Assembly: GCA_965248265.1 (NCBI GenBank)
Contig: CBDFJF010000001.1
Coordinates: 992,001-1,056,000, forward strand
Source: Candidatus Latescibacterota bacterium
GTDB lineage: Bacteria > Latescibacterota > UBA2968 > UBA8231
Length of the DNA: 64,000 bases
Direction: 5' to 3'
In this document: piece after piece, positions 1-10,031 of the stretch
Position numbering within the stretch: the stretch's first letter is position 1
Layout: every line of letters starts with the position of its first letter
Translations under genes and position numbers: made by a program
Notes under the pieces: model-generated
The model's database searches: none
Told to the model about the DNA's origin: nothing
The model's input: the letters and a program-made list of their open reading frames with translations, nothing else

Positions 1-1388
1 TCGAGCGGGTCGCAGTCATCCGCCGAAAAATTGGCCAGCGGCCGGCCCTCGGCATCCTGGATCTCCACGCTCACATGGCCGCCGGGGCGGGTGAGGTAGT
101 TAATCTCCAGCTGCGTGCCGGCCACCAAGAGCGGCCTGGTAGTGAGCTGCCCGCCCTGCTCGCCGCCGCGCAGCGCCACGAAGCCGTCCAGGCGGTACGT
201 GAAGCGCCGCAGCCGGGTAGGGGTCCTGGAGAGGTAGTTTTCGGAGGCGTAGACCGAGTACTCGCGGTCGTTCCCCGGGGTGGGCACCATGCCCCAGGCC
301 ATGTAGTTGCTGCGATTACCGGCCCGGTCCTCCGGCGCCTCCTCCGAAATCACTGCCTCGGGCCACCGCCGGAACGCATGGCCGTTACGGCTGGTCATCA
401 AGATCGGCTCGACACGGTCCCCCTGATCGGGCAGCAGGCGGGTGGGGAAGCCAATCAGGATCTGGGGCGCGCGGGGGTACGACATCACCGCATTGGTGTA
501 CAAGTGCTGCGGACCGATGTCATCGTCGAATTCGAGCAACTCCGGCTCGGTCCAGGTCACCCAATTGAAAAAGTCGCTCGACGTGCCCGTCATGATGGAC
601 CGGAATCCCGGGCGAGCGCGTATGCCGCCTACGATAAGCTCACCGCTTGGATTTCGAAAAAAGCGGACGCGGTGATATTCGCGGTACCGTCGGGTGTGCG
701 GGTCCCAGAAGGCCAGGTTCTGCGAATCGAAGTCGCCCTTGGTGATCAACGGGCCGTCGCTGATCGTCCACCGGATGCCGTCGGGCGACTTGTAGGCGAA
801 GACGGTCATTTCTTCTTGCACAGCAAGGTAGGGCGTTCCGGTCTTGTGGACCTGCCCCAGTGCCTTGTAACGGGCCTCGGGCGGACAATCCGGGTTGGTG
901 TCCTTGAAGGGGGTAAAGCTGCCGGTGCCGGCGCCGTCCCACACGATGTTGTTCTCTTTCGAACCCTCGAATCCGTACAGCCCCAGGTTCGGTTTCGTCC
1001 AGTTGGTGCCGTCCTTGCTCTCGGCGTAACAGGTCACTTGGCGGTGCGTCTGATCTCGGTTCTCATGGTCGTAGTTTGAGCCGCGGTAATACATGCGGCA
1101 GATGTCCTCGCCGGAAGAATTTGTGTCACGAAACACCGTGTAGTAGGCACAAGTGTTTCCCTCCCACGGCTTGTCGGTGACCAGGACCACCTCCCGCGGC
1201 ACCGGCCGCTGCAGTTCAAGCCGGGCGTCGCCCTCGATCTTGTCGATGACGTGGTCATCCACAAACAGCTCGCGGTGCGAGCCGATGTCAACCGACTCGG
1301 CGGCCCAGATGGCTGTCGGCGATGCGACAGCGAGAACACTCGCGGCCAGGCAGCACGTCCCCGCTATCTGTGCAACGGTCCAGGTCAA
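1..1388 (-). CDS. Secreted beta-propeller glycoside-hydrolase-like protein (GH32/43-like superfamily), running off the left edge
   Basis: Absent from the ORF track because its stop lies outside the window. Manual translation is open: signal-like N-terminus, IGSHRELFVDD, DKPWEG, CYAESKDGTNWTKPNLG, FDSQNLAFWD, RLDGFVAL. The start codon (TTG at 1388) is uncertain. Confidence 0.8.
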   Translation of the reverse strand, partial: MTWTVAQIAGTCCLAASVLAVASPTAIWAAESVDIGSHRELFVDDHVIDKIEGDARLELQRPVPREVVLVTDKPWEGNTCAYYTVFRDTNSSGEDICRMYYRGSNYDHENRDQTHRQVTCYAESKDGTNWTKPNLGLYGFEGSKENNIVWDGAGTGSFTPFKDTNPDCPPEARYKALGQVHKTGTPYLAVQEEMTVFAYKSPDGIRWTISDGPLITKGDFDSQNLAFWDPHTRRYREYHRVRFFRNPSGELIVGGIRARPGFRSIMTGTSSDFFNWVTWTEPELLEFDDDIGPQHLYTNAVMSYPRAPQILIGFPTRLLPDQGDRVEPILMTSRNGHAFRRWPEAVISEEAPEDRAGNRSNYMAWGMVPTPGNDREYSVYASENYLSRTPTRLRRFTYRLDGFVALRGGEQGGQLTTRPLLVAGTQLEINYLTRPGGHVSVEIQDAEGRPLANFSADDCDPL

Positions 1389-1454
1389 ACGTTTCAGCGG
1401 TGAGATAATTTGAGACGTCCTTTCTTCGTTAGAGCGGCGGTTGCTCGAAGAGTG

Positions 1455-1795
1455 CCTTCTGCGTACTGCAAGTTGCCCCCGAAAATCGCCGTGTATCAAC
1501 TGGGGCCGCGACTGCACAGGCCGGAGCACCGCGCGCAGCCGTTCGACGACGGGGCGCAATACGAGGGTGATGGTCGATCTCGAGTTCATCCAGGTGACCT
1601 CATCTGCAAAGTTCCAAGCGTTTCCCTCTCCGGGGATCTCGAGAAGCCCTCTGTGCTTTCGTCATCATCTTCGGCCTTCAGGACGAGTTCTCCACAACGG
1701 TAGCTCCGGCTCTCGCCACCCTCCAGCAGCTCGGGCGGACCGGAACCTCCGAACGAGGTGATCACTTCGTGAGGTGGAGGTGGGTTCGGGGGAAA
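1455..1795 (-). pseudogene. Degraded aminoglycoside-phosphotransferase-like kinase
   Basis: Pieces in different frames: N-lobe EVITSFGGSGPPELLEGGESRSYRCGELVLK, then NAWNFADEVTW and VVERLRAVLRPVQSRPQLIHGDF (HGD motif). Frameshifts and an internal deletion; boundaries approximate. Confidence 0.6.
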
Positions 1796-1939
1796 TCGCA
1801 AGGTAACAGGGTGCAGGAGGTGTCTCGCAATGGCAAGTAGACATGGGAAAGCATCAGCAGGGCTGATTTCTGTGGCCGTGGGTGCTGACCACCAGCGATA
1901 TGATCGCAAGATAGATGCACCAGCGACGCTGCCCACGCC

Positions 1940-2713
1940 CTACCTCCTGGCAACAAGGACCGCATGTCCATCAGAACCGTCATCATCGTCATCCCATACT
2001 CTCTCACAACTGGAGAACCCCGCCCCCTTGAGCAGGCTGCTGTTGGTTTCAACGGCGAGTCTGATGTCGAAGTTCCAGGCGCCTGTGTTTCCGTTGGGGA
2101 GCTTGGCGATCCACTCATTGTAAAGTTCCAGATACCGGGGCTCTAATTTGGGTGACACCATCTGATCACCTTCGATGTACGTGCCGGTCCTTTTCAGTGA
2201 CGAGTAAATACTAGAATAAACCCCCTGTTTGGTCTCGGGCGGGAAATGATGCAAGGTCAAAATGGAAAGGGCATAGTCAAAGTTGCACAGACCTTTCGGC
2301 CATTCGAGACAGGAAGCTTTGACGACAGAGATCTGATCAAGCCGGTCACTGTACTTTCGACGCAATTGAGCCAGCATCCGGGGTGCCTGGTCGAGCCCTG
2401 TAATCCGTGCATTTGGAGCGCGTTCGAAGATGAACTCGAGCTCTAGTCCAGTGCCGCAGCCCACGTCAAGTATCGCAATCGGGTCTTCGGTCGACGGTAT
2501 CTGGTTCACGGTGGCCGTGTGCAGATACCTGTAGATGTCCCCGAAGCGGGCGTCCCAGAGATGAGCGGTCCCGTCGAAAAACTCACTGGTGCTCTCAACA
2601 CCATCACGAGTCCACTCTGGAAAACCCTCGCCTTCAGGGCCTGGTGCCCGAGTACACGCCTCCCGTGTCCGTTCGAACTCATCATGCAACTGTCTGCGCT
2701 CTGCCTCGGTCAT
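1940..2713 (-). CDS. Class I SAM-dependent methyltransferase
   Basis: ILDVGCGTG motif I, GLDQAPRML, LTLHHF. Confidence 0.9.
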   Translation of the reverse strand: MTEAERRQLHDEFERTREACTRAPGPEGEGFPEWTRDGVESTSEFFDGTAHLWDARFGDIYRYLHTATVNQIPSTEDPIAILDVGCGTGLELEFIFERAPNARITGLDQAPRMLAQLRRKYSDRLDQISVVKASCLEWPKGLCNFDYALSILTLHHFPPETKQGVYSSIYSSLKRTGTYIEGDQMVSPKLEPRYLELYNEWIAKLPNGNTGAWNFDIRLAVETNSSLLKGAGFSSCERVWDDDDDGSDGHAVLVARR

Positions 2714-2719
2714 TTCGCC

Positions 2720-3505
2720 TCAGCGTGCCTGATGATATTCCGACACCAATCGTGAAAGAATGGCAGTCGGATCGATGTCCGGGATGTAGCGCCGAAAGTG
2801 CTTACAGATGTTATGAACGTCGCGGGCAAGCAGGTCGAACGCCTCGGGGTGACGGCTCGCATCGACTACCTGCGGCAAATCGATGAGCACCTCCTTACCC
2901 TCCCAGTACAGGACATTGTATGGGGAGAGGTCGCCGTGAATTCTGTCATGGCTGAGGAGCAACTCGATGTTACGGACGATGCGATCGAAGACCCGATGTG
3001 CCGCCGTCATGCTCAGTGTAACCTCGTTCAGGGCTGGCGCCGCCTCGTTCTCGTCCCCTATGTATTCCATGAGGAGAACTGATTGGCTGCGCTCCACGGG
3101 CATGGGGACCGACCCGCCTGCATTGCGCAACACGCTCATGGATTCGAACTCGTGAGCGATCCATGAGACATCCTCCACCTGCCTGCCGAACCTCTTCCTT
3201 TTCTTAACCGCCCTTCGCAAGGTGCTCTGGCGCCGAGATTCTTCTTTCATACCGAGGAAGTCCCGACCCAGCTGGTACGCGGCCTGATTGCGCATCGCCC
3301 GTTCACGGCGAGGCCGATACACCTTGGCGGCCAGAAGCTCCATCGCTACCCCAGGACCGGCCTGGCAGCAGTATACTGATGCTTCCTTCCCTCCCTTTAC
3401 CGGGTAGAGAATCGCCTCGATGAGCCCTTCCTCGGCGAAACTGTGCAGGTTGGTCTCGAGCCATTTCCTCTCGAACTGTCTTGGTTCGAACGCAAACTCG
3501 ATCAA
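2720..3505 (-). CDS. RIO1-family atypical Ser/Thr kinase
   Basis: KGGKEASVY, AAKVYR, LLMEYIG, IHGDLSPYNVL, IDLPQ; GAGGAG SD before the TTG start. Confidence 0.9.
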   Translation of the reverse strand: MIEFAFEPRQFERKWLETNLHSFAEEGLIEAILYPVKGGKEASVYCCQAGPGVAMELLAAKVYRPRRERAMRNQAAYQLGRDFLGMKEESRRQSTLRRAVKKRKRFGRQVEDVSWIAHEFESMSVLRNAGGSVPMPVERSQSVLLMEYIGDENEAAPALNEVTLSMTAAHRVFDRIVRNIELLLSHDRIHGDLSPYNVLYWEGKEVLIDLPQVVDASRHPEAFDLLARDVHNICKHFRRYIPDIDPTAILSRLVSEYHQAR

Positions 3506-3534
3506 TCAGATAATCTCCTCGTCTGGATGAGAAC

Positions 3535-3565
3535 AAAAAAACCGCCCCTCCCGTAGGAGAGGCGG
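3535..3565 (-). terminator. Intrinsic terminator (attenuator) upstream of the RIO1 gene
   Basis: Minus strand CCGCCTCTCC-TACG-GGAGGGGCGG-TTTTTTT: 10-bp stem, UNCG tetraloop and U7 tail, about 30 nt before the RIO1 start. Confidence 0.8.
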
Positions 3566-3588
3566 CATATGCTCTCGAGTCAAATACG

Positions 3589-3651
3589 CTATTGAGGCAC
3601 AGACAGACAGAGTGGCTTCTCCGGAGAGGACGGTTTCAGGAATGTACGCAT
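3589..3651 (-). CDS. Putative leader peptide MRTFLKPSSPEKPLCLSVPQ (20 aa)
   Basis: Strong SD GGAAGGAGG 7 nt before ATG; TAG ends 23 nt before the terminator stem. Confidence 0.6.
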   Translation of the reverse strand: MRTFLKPSSPEKPLCLSVPQ

Positions 3652-4189
3652 GAACACACCTCCTTCCGTGTCTGAGGTGACGATCCAGTATACCGATCAA
3701 CACTCACAGTTACAAGGCCAAAATTGGCCAATATGCATCGAGGCAGACTGTGGTCTATGCGTGGCGGACGCCGTAAATCGATCGATTTCAGCCAGTTAGC
3801 GTGGCGGGAGTGGCGTATTGCTCTCGTAACTGCCGGGCATCGTTGTGATATAACGATGGTCGTGCCCACTGTTGCTCCTGGCGCACTCCACGCCCATTAC
3901 CGACGTTCCACCGCAGTATATTCGGCAAATCCGCCGGCTCACGCAGCGGTCCCTTCGATCGGGAGGTGCGCATTCCCCGAATTTACCCGGGACCGCGAAC
4001 GGGCAGTATTTGAAAACGGCGTGCGGTCCTTGCTCGTTGGGGAGGTGCTTAGTTAGTGGGAAATTACCTGAAGGCCCTGGCTTCGAGACGTGCCGGCGCC
4101 ACTCTGGCCATCGCCGCCGGTGGCGCCGCGGTCTGGGCTGCCGGTTACTGGGGAAACGGCACAGAGCAAGGCCAAGTGTGAAGGTCCGC

Positions 4190-5512
4190 ATGAGTAAACT
4201 TGCTTGGATCCTGGCAGCATCCTGTTTGCTGGCGTTGGATGTCAACGGCGCCGACGCCGATGCAGACCTCTATTGGCCGCAGTGGCGAGGCCCCCTCGGC
4301 AGCGGCGTCGCGCCGGGCGCCGATCCGCCGCTGGAATGGAGTGAGAGCCAGAGTATCAGGTGGAAGGTCGCTCTGCCGGGCAAGGGACACTCCACGCCTG
4401 TCATCTGGGGCGACCGCGTCTTTGCCACGACAGCCGTCCCCTACGGGGAGGCGGTAAAACCCCGCTACAGCGGAGCCCTCAACGCCCACGACGAAACGCC
4501 CGTCACACAACGCCACAGATTCGTGGTGATGGCCCTCAGCCGTAGAGACGGCGAGATCCTCTGGGAACGGACCGTACGGGACGAACTGCCGCAGGCTGGG
4601 GGACATTCCACCGCCAGCCTCGCATCCAACTCTCCGGTGACCGACGGTGAGCACCTGTTCGCCTTCTTCGGCTCGTACGGGCTCTACTGCCTGACCGTCA
4701 ATGGCAACCTGGTGTGGGAGACAGACCTCGGTACGATGGATACGCTCCATGGACATGGCGAGGGCAGCTCGCCGGCGCTTTACGGTGATACGCTCGTCAT
4801 CAACTGGGACCACGAAGGCAAGTCGTTCGTCGTGGCTTTCGACAAGCGGACCGGCGAGGAGCGCTGGAAGATCTTCCGCGATGGGGCCTCGTCATGGACG
4901 ACGCCCATCGTCGTCGACGACGGCGGGACACCACAAGTAATCATCAACGGCTCGAGGGACGTGAGAGGCTACGATCTGACGACCGGCAGCCTGATCTGGG
5001 AATGCGGGGGACTGTCGGTGGAAAACGTAGTGGCCTCGCCTGTGGCCGGAAATGGGATGGTCTTTTCGGGCAGCAGTTACGACAAGCAGTCCATGCTGGC
5101 CATTCGCTTCCACGGCGCCGAAGGCGACATCACCGGTACCAAACGGGTCGTGTGGACCCGCGTTCAGGGGGCGCCGTACGTGCCCTCGCCACTGCTGTAC
5201 GGAGAGTCCCTGTATTTCATCCGCCACTTCCAGGGCATCCTGACCCGCGTCAGCGCCCTGACGGGTGAGAATCGACCCGGGCCGCTGCGTCTGACTGGCC
5301 TCCGCTACGTGTTCGCTTCACCAGTGGGGGCAGAGGGGCGCGTGTACATCACCGACCGCGACGGCACGACACTCGTTATCAGCGACGAGGACAGCCCCCA
5401 AGTGCTGGCAACCAACCGGCTCGACGACACGTTTAGCGCATCGGCAGCCCTCGTCGGCGCCGAGTTGTTTCTGCGCGGGGAGAAATACCTCTACTGCATC
5501 TCGGAAGGTTAA
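4190..5512 (+). CDS. PQQ-binding-like (BamB-like) beta-propeller protein, secreted
   Basis: Signal peptide, WPQWRGP, WKVALPGKGHSTPVIWGD, repeated SSP/W motifs. Start moved from 3872 to ATG 4190. Confidence 0.9.
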   Translation: MSKLAWILAASCLLALDVNGADADADLYWPQWRGPLGSGVAPGADPPLEWSESQSIRWKVALPGKGHSTPVIWGDRVFATTAVPYGEAVKPRYSGALNAHDETPVTQRHRFVVMALSRRDGEILWERTVRDELPQAGGHSTASLASNSPVTDGEHLFAFFGSYGLYCLTVNGNLVWETDLGTMDTLHGHGEGSSPALYGDTLVINWDHEGKSFVVAFDKRTGEERWKIFRDGASSWTTPIVVDDGGTPQVIINGSRDVRGYDLTTGSLIWECGGLSVENVVASPVAGNGMVFSGSSYDKQSMLAIRFHGAEGDITGTKRVVWTRVQGAPYVPSPLLYGESLYFIRHFQGILTRVSALTGENRPGPLRLTGLRYVFASPVGAEGRVYITDRDGTTLVISDEDSPQVLATNRLDDTFSASAALVGAELFLRGEKYLYCISEG

Positions 5513-5617
5513 GACCAGAAACCCACGCGCGTACGAGGCGATGCGTACTATAAGTACCTTCAGGTGAGATAGTATCATGAAAGTAAGGCGCTTGATAGCG
5601 GTACTGAAACCCTACAC

Positions 5618-8600
5618 GTGATGACGCCAGGATTAATCACCTGCCTTCTTGTGGCGCTGCCGATGATCTGCTCCGCTGCTCCGGCAGACGTGGAGCGCAT
5701 CCGCGCCACGGTGGAGTACATGGCCTCCGTTGGCTCTCGGATCAGCGGCTATCCCGGCAGTGACGCGGCCGCCGACTACGTGGCCGAGGCCTTCGCTGCC
5801 GCCGGCATCAGGGAGATCGTCCGCGAGGAGTACCCGCTCAGCGTGCCGCTGGACCGCGGCAGCGAACTGGACATCTCCGCAACCGGCGAGCGCTTTCGCC
5901 TCGATGGGCTGTGGCCCAACCACGTGCGCACGACGACCGTAGAACCCGGGGGCATCACCGGCCACTTGATCTACGGCGGGCAGGGGCACCTAGCCGAGTA
6001 CAACGGCCAGGAAATGGCCGGCAGTATCATCTTGCTCGAATTCAACACCGGCACCCGTTGGTTGGAGGCCGCCTCGCTGGGAGCCCGCGCCATCATCTTC
6101 ATCGAACCTGAAGGCACCTCCTGGCGCGAGGCGAGCACGAAGTTCCTTTCCGTCCCTTTGGACATACCCAGGTTCTGGATCGATGCCGGCGTCGCGGACC
6201 GGCTCCGGGCACTATTGGATGACGGCCCCCTCGATGTGCAGCTGAAGAGCCGCATGGATTGGGTCTCTCGCGCCGGTCGCAATGTCTGGGGCGTGGTTCC
6301 GGGCAACGACCCGGAGCTCCAAAGCGAAACCATCGTCGTCCAGGCTTACTACGACGGCATCTCCGTCGTGCCTGCGCGAGCCCCCTCCGCCGAGACCGCC
6401 GGCAGCATCGCCGCCCTGCTGGAGCTGGCCAGACACCTCCAGCGCCATCCGCCTGCGCGGACCGTGGTGCTGGCGGCCACCGGCGCCCACTTTCTCGCCC
6501 AGCGGGGGATTGTCGATTTCCTCGACCGCCATGCCCGCACCCATGAGGACTACGCCGCGTTGATGGAGGAGCCGCTGCACCCTGACCTCTTCATCAGCCT
6601 GGATCTGACAAGCGGCAGCGATCAGCTCGGCATCTGGAACCACACGAGCCGCTTAGAGACCAAGCGCTTCTACGTCCCCTTCGGTCGCGCCTTTACCGCC
6701 TATGCCGAGGCGGCGGCGGCGCGCCTGGGACGGGTGGCCGAGCGCGCCCTCGTCAACGGCATCAGCCCGCTCAAGGGCCTCGACTGGTCGACCTACGTGC
6801 CGGGCGGCGTCACCGTCGACGGGCAGGTGGCGATGACGGCGGGGCTGGTGGCCCTGTCGTTCGTCACCATCGCCGACGCCCGTTTCGTCGTCGACACCCC
6901 GCTGGACCGGCCGCACCTCGTCGACTTCGACAACCTGGCGCGTCAGAGCGCTTTCCTAAACGAGATTCTGACCAGCGCCTTCAACGACGCGAAGCTGACC
7001 GCGGACCTGGAGAATTTCGACCGGGTCCTCAAGGATCGCCTGCGCACCCTCATCGTCGACGTGCGCGCCTTCCCGCGCCGCAGCCAGGTACCTGACCGCA
7101 TCGTCGAGGGGGCCATCGTCGCCCTGGGCGCCGGAGCCGCCCGTCAAGCCGGTCTGGGGTTCAAACCCCACAAGGGGGTGCGCGCCTTCCATTTCCACCT
7201 GGCCGACGACAGGGGGAGCGCCGTCATCCCCGGACTGCCCCTGGGGGCCGTGCCGGTCAGCGCCTATGTCCTGGATCCGGAGACCGGCGACGTCGTCTAC
7301 GCCCCCGACAACAGCGAGCGCGCCCAGAAGCTGCACGGCAAGAGCATGGCCCAGGCCATTCGCTTCCGCGGCGAGCACAAGACGTTCGTCGTCTTCCCCT
7401 GCATGTCGCGGCCGCTGTTCGGCCTGATCGACCCCCGGTCGCTGCAGGCCGTCAGTGAGATAACAGTTCAAAACCACGCGGGCGTCGCGCCCAAGGAATT
7501 CGGAGTGGCGAAAGGCAGCGGCATCCTGGAACCGGTAGCGGTGGTGTTCGCCGCTGCCGATGACAGCCTCATGTACTTGATGTCGGACAGCATGATTCTC
7601 ACCAACAGCCGCGCCAGAGCGCGCGGCACCGGCTACGTCGTCGGCCGGGACCCACTCGAACGCACCGAATACCTGGCGGTCCAGGACATGTGGCGGCTCA
7701 ACGACGAGCGCCTGGCCACCATGCGCGAGCACGCCATCGAGAACCCGAGACTGGAAGGACTACACGCGTACGGCCGCGAGCTCATCGACCGAGCTACGGC
7801 GGCGGCCGAGAGGAGGGAGTGGGATGTCTTCATGGCCAACGTGCGGGCGGCCAGGGGGATCACCTCCAGGGCCTACCCGGACGTGATGGGGACACTGAAC
7901 GATGTCATCAAGGGGTTGGTGTTTTTCCTGGCATTGGTGCTTCCGGCCGCGTTCTTCGGCGAGCGTCTGCTGTTCGCCGCCGCGGACATCCGCTGGCAGC
8001 TGTCCGGTTTCGCCCTGATCCTGGCCGTCGTCTGGGCGGTGATCTCGCAGGTGCATCCGGCCTTCGCCATCGCCCATCCGACCGTCGTCCTACTGGCCTT
8101 CGCCATCATGGCGATGGCCGCCTTCGTGTTCGCCATGATCTTCTCGCGCTTCGACCACTACGTTAAGGAGCGCCAGGCCCACACCGCCCAGATGTACCGG
8201 GCCGACGTCAATCGCCTCAGCGCTTCCTATGCCGCCTTCACGCTGGGCATATCCAACATGCGGCGGCGCAAGCTGCGCACGGGGCTGACGCTGGTGACGC
8301 TGACCCTGCTCACCTTCGCCGTGCTCTCCTTCACTTCGTTCCGGCCGCAGCTCTCGTTCCTCGCCTTCCCGACGTCGCACGAGGCCCGCTACGAGGGCAC
8401 TCTGATCCGCGACCGTGGCTGGCGGGAGCTGTCGCCGCCGACCCTCAACTACGCCCTCTCCCATTTCGACCGCCAGGCCGTCGTCAGCCCGCGCAACTGG
8501 CTGGTAACCGAAACAGAACACCTCAAGAGCTATATCGAGATCCAGGGGGACGCCGGCACGACGCGGGCCGGTGGTCTGCTGGGACTGTCGCCGCAGGAAA

Positions 8601-10024
8601 CACAGGTCACCCGCATCGACGAAGCCCTGGCCGCTGGCAGTTTCTTCGAGCAGGATGACGAAGCCAGTTGTCTGCTTCCGGAGAAGATGGCGGCGGCGCT
8701 GGGCATCAGCGTCGGGGATGTGGGCCGAGCCACCGTGCGCGTGTTCGGCGCAGACCTCGTCGTCCGCGGCATCATCGACGCCAGCGCGTTCGCCGCCATC
8801 CGGGACCTGGACTCGGAACCTCTGACCCCGGCCGACTTCCAGATGGTCGACCTCCAGATGCGCGGCGGCCAGTCAGAGGTGTCGATGGATGTCGAGGCAG
8901 GAGAGAAAACGGACGAGATCAGGCCGTTCGTGCACGTGCCGGCGGACAACGTGCTGATCATGCCGTACGGGACGGCGTGGGCGGCCGGCGGCACCCTGCG
9001 TTCGATCGGCGTCCGCTTCGGCGAGAACGTGAGGGGCCAGCCCCTGCTGGAGGACTTCCTGACGCGCGTGGCCGTGACCCTGTTCGCCGGCATCCGTGAC
9101 CCGCTCACCGGGGAAGTCGAGGTGTCCTCCTATACGTCCGTCGGTATGACGGCGGTCGAGGGCCTGGGGGCGCTCATCGTGCCCTTGGTCATCGCCGCCC
9201 TCATCGTCCTCAACACCATGCTGGGCGCCGTCTATGAACGCCAGCGGGAGATCGGCGTGTACTCTGCGGTCGGGCTGGCACCCGTGCACATCGCCCTGCT
9301 GTTCGTGGCGGAGGCCTGCGTCTACGCCGTCGTCGGGGTCGTTCTCGGCTACATCCTGGGGCAGAGCGCGGCGAAGCTGCTGCTGGGTTGGGGCCTCGTT
9401 CAGAGCACGGAACTGAACTACTCTTCCATGGCGGCCATCTTTTCCGCCATCATGGTCATGGCCGTGGTGCTGTTGTCGACGATCTACCCGGCGCGCCTCG
9501 CCGCGAACAGCGCCGTGCCGGACACCATGCGGCGCTGGGTACCGCCCCCGCCGGATGGCGACCACTGGGAATTCGACTTCCCCTTCGCGATCGGCGCAGC
9601 CGAGGTCCAGGGATTGAGCGGATTCCTGGCCAACTACTGCAAGGCCAACAACGAGGATTCGGTCGGCAACTTCTACACCGAGGACGTCCGCCTGGTCCGC
9701 GACGTCGAGAGGTCGGGCCCCGGCGGCTGCTCCCTGCTCATGACAGCCTGGCTGGCCCCCTTCGACATGGGCGTGAGCCAGCACCTGCGGCTGGACTTCG
9801 TGCCTTCGTCCGAGCCCAGCATATACGTGGTCAAGGTCATCATCGAGTGGGCCAGCGGTGAAAACTCATCCTGGCGGCGGCTCAATCAGCGCTTCATGAA
9901 CGATCTGCGCAAGCAGTTCCTGCAGTGGCACATGTTCAGCGAAGAAGCCAAGGCTTACCACCAGCAGGCAGCCGAGGTGATGCTGGCGCAGAGCCGGCAG
10001 CAAATCGAGACACCGGAAGGTTGA
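5618..10024 (+). CDS. M28-peptidase-like (nicalin/nicastrin-like) domain fused to an FtsX/MacB-type ABC permease
   Basis: Signal peptide; SRISGYPG..AADYV; PA-like insert; QAYYDGISVVP..APSAE..LLELAR; TM block; NMRRRKLRTGLTL; FtsX motif VYERQREIGVYSAVG. Confidence 0.85.
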   Translation: MMTPGLITCLLVALPMICSAAPADVERIRATVEYMASVGSRISGYPGSDAAADYVAEAFAAAGIREIVREEYPLSVPLDRGSELDISATGERFRLDGLWPNHVRTTTVEPGGITGHLIYGGQGHLAEYNGQEMAGSIILLEFNTGTRWLEAASLGARAIIFIEPEGTSWREASTKFLSVPLDIPRFWIDAGVADRLRALLDDGPLDVQLKSRMDWVSRAGRNVWGVVPGNDPELQSETIVVQAYYDGISVVPARAPSAETAGSIAALLELARHLQRHPPARTVVLAATGAHFLAQRGIVDFLDRHARTHEDYAALMEEPLHPDLFISLDLTSGSDQLGIWNHTSRLETKRFYVPFGRAFTAYAEAAAARLGRVAERALVNGISPLKGLDWSTYVPGGVTVDGQVAMTAGLVALSFVTIADARFVVDTPLDRPHLVDFDNLARQSAFLNEILTSAFNDAKLTADLENFDRVLKDRLRTLIVDVRAFPRRSQVPDRIVEGAIVALGAGAARQAGLGFKPHKGVRAFHFHLADDRGSAVIPGLPLGAVPVSAYVLDPETGDVVYAPDNSERAQKLHGKSMAQAIRFRGEHKTFVVFPCMSRPLFGLIDPRSLQAVSEITVQNHAGVAPKEFGVAKGSGILEPVAVVFAAADDSLMYLMSDSMILTNSRARARGTGYVVGRDPLERTEYLAVQDMWRLNDERLATMREHAIENPRLEGLHAYGRELIDRATAAAERREWDVFMANVRAARGITSRAYPDVMGTLNDVIKGLVFFLALVLPAAFFGERLLFAAADIRWQLSGFALILAVVWAVISQVHPAFAIAHPTVVLLAFAIMAMAAFVFAMIFSRFDHYVKERQAHTAQMYRADVNRLSASYAAFTLGISNMRRRKLRTGLTLVTLTLLTFAVLSFTSFRPQLSFLAFPTSHEARYEGTLIRDRGWRELSPPTLNYALSHFDRQAVVSPRNWLVTETEHLKSYIEIQGDAGTTRAGGLLGLSPQETQVTRIDEALAAGSFFEQDDEASCLLPEKMAAALGISVGDVGRATVRVFGADLVVRGIIDASAFAAIRDLDSEPLTPADFQMVDLQMRGGQSEVSMDVEAGEKTDEIRPFVHVPADNVLIMPYGTAWAAGGTLRSIGVRFGENVRGQPLLEDFLTRVAVTLFAGIRDPLTGEVEVSSYTSVGMTAVEGLGALIVPLVIAALIVLNTMLGAVYERQREIGVYSAVGLAPVHIALLFVAEACVYAVVGVVLGYILGQSAAKLLLGWGLVQSTELNYSSMAAIFSAIMVMAVVLLSTIYPARLAANSAVPDTMRRWVPPPPDGDHWEFDFPFAIGAAEVQGLSGFLANYCKANNEDSVGNFYTEDVRLVRDVERSGPGGCSLLMTAWLAPFDMGVSQHLRLDFVPSSEPSIYVVKVIIEWASGENSSWRRLNQRFMNDLRKQFLQWHMFSEEAKAYHQQAAEVMLAQSRQQIETPEG

Positions 10025-10031
10025 CGATCCA

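Noticed and set aside
75-1079. 334-aa plus-strand ORF
   Set aside because: Antisense shadow of the real minus-strand propeller gene that runs off the window edge.
3872-4189. N-terminal extension of the PQQ-propeller ORF
   Set aside because: Low-complexity Arg-rich sequence before a clear signal peptide starting at ATG 4190.
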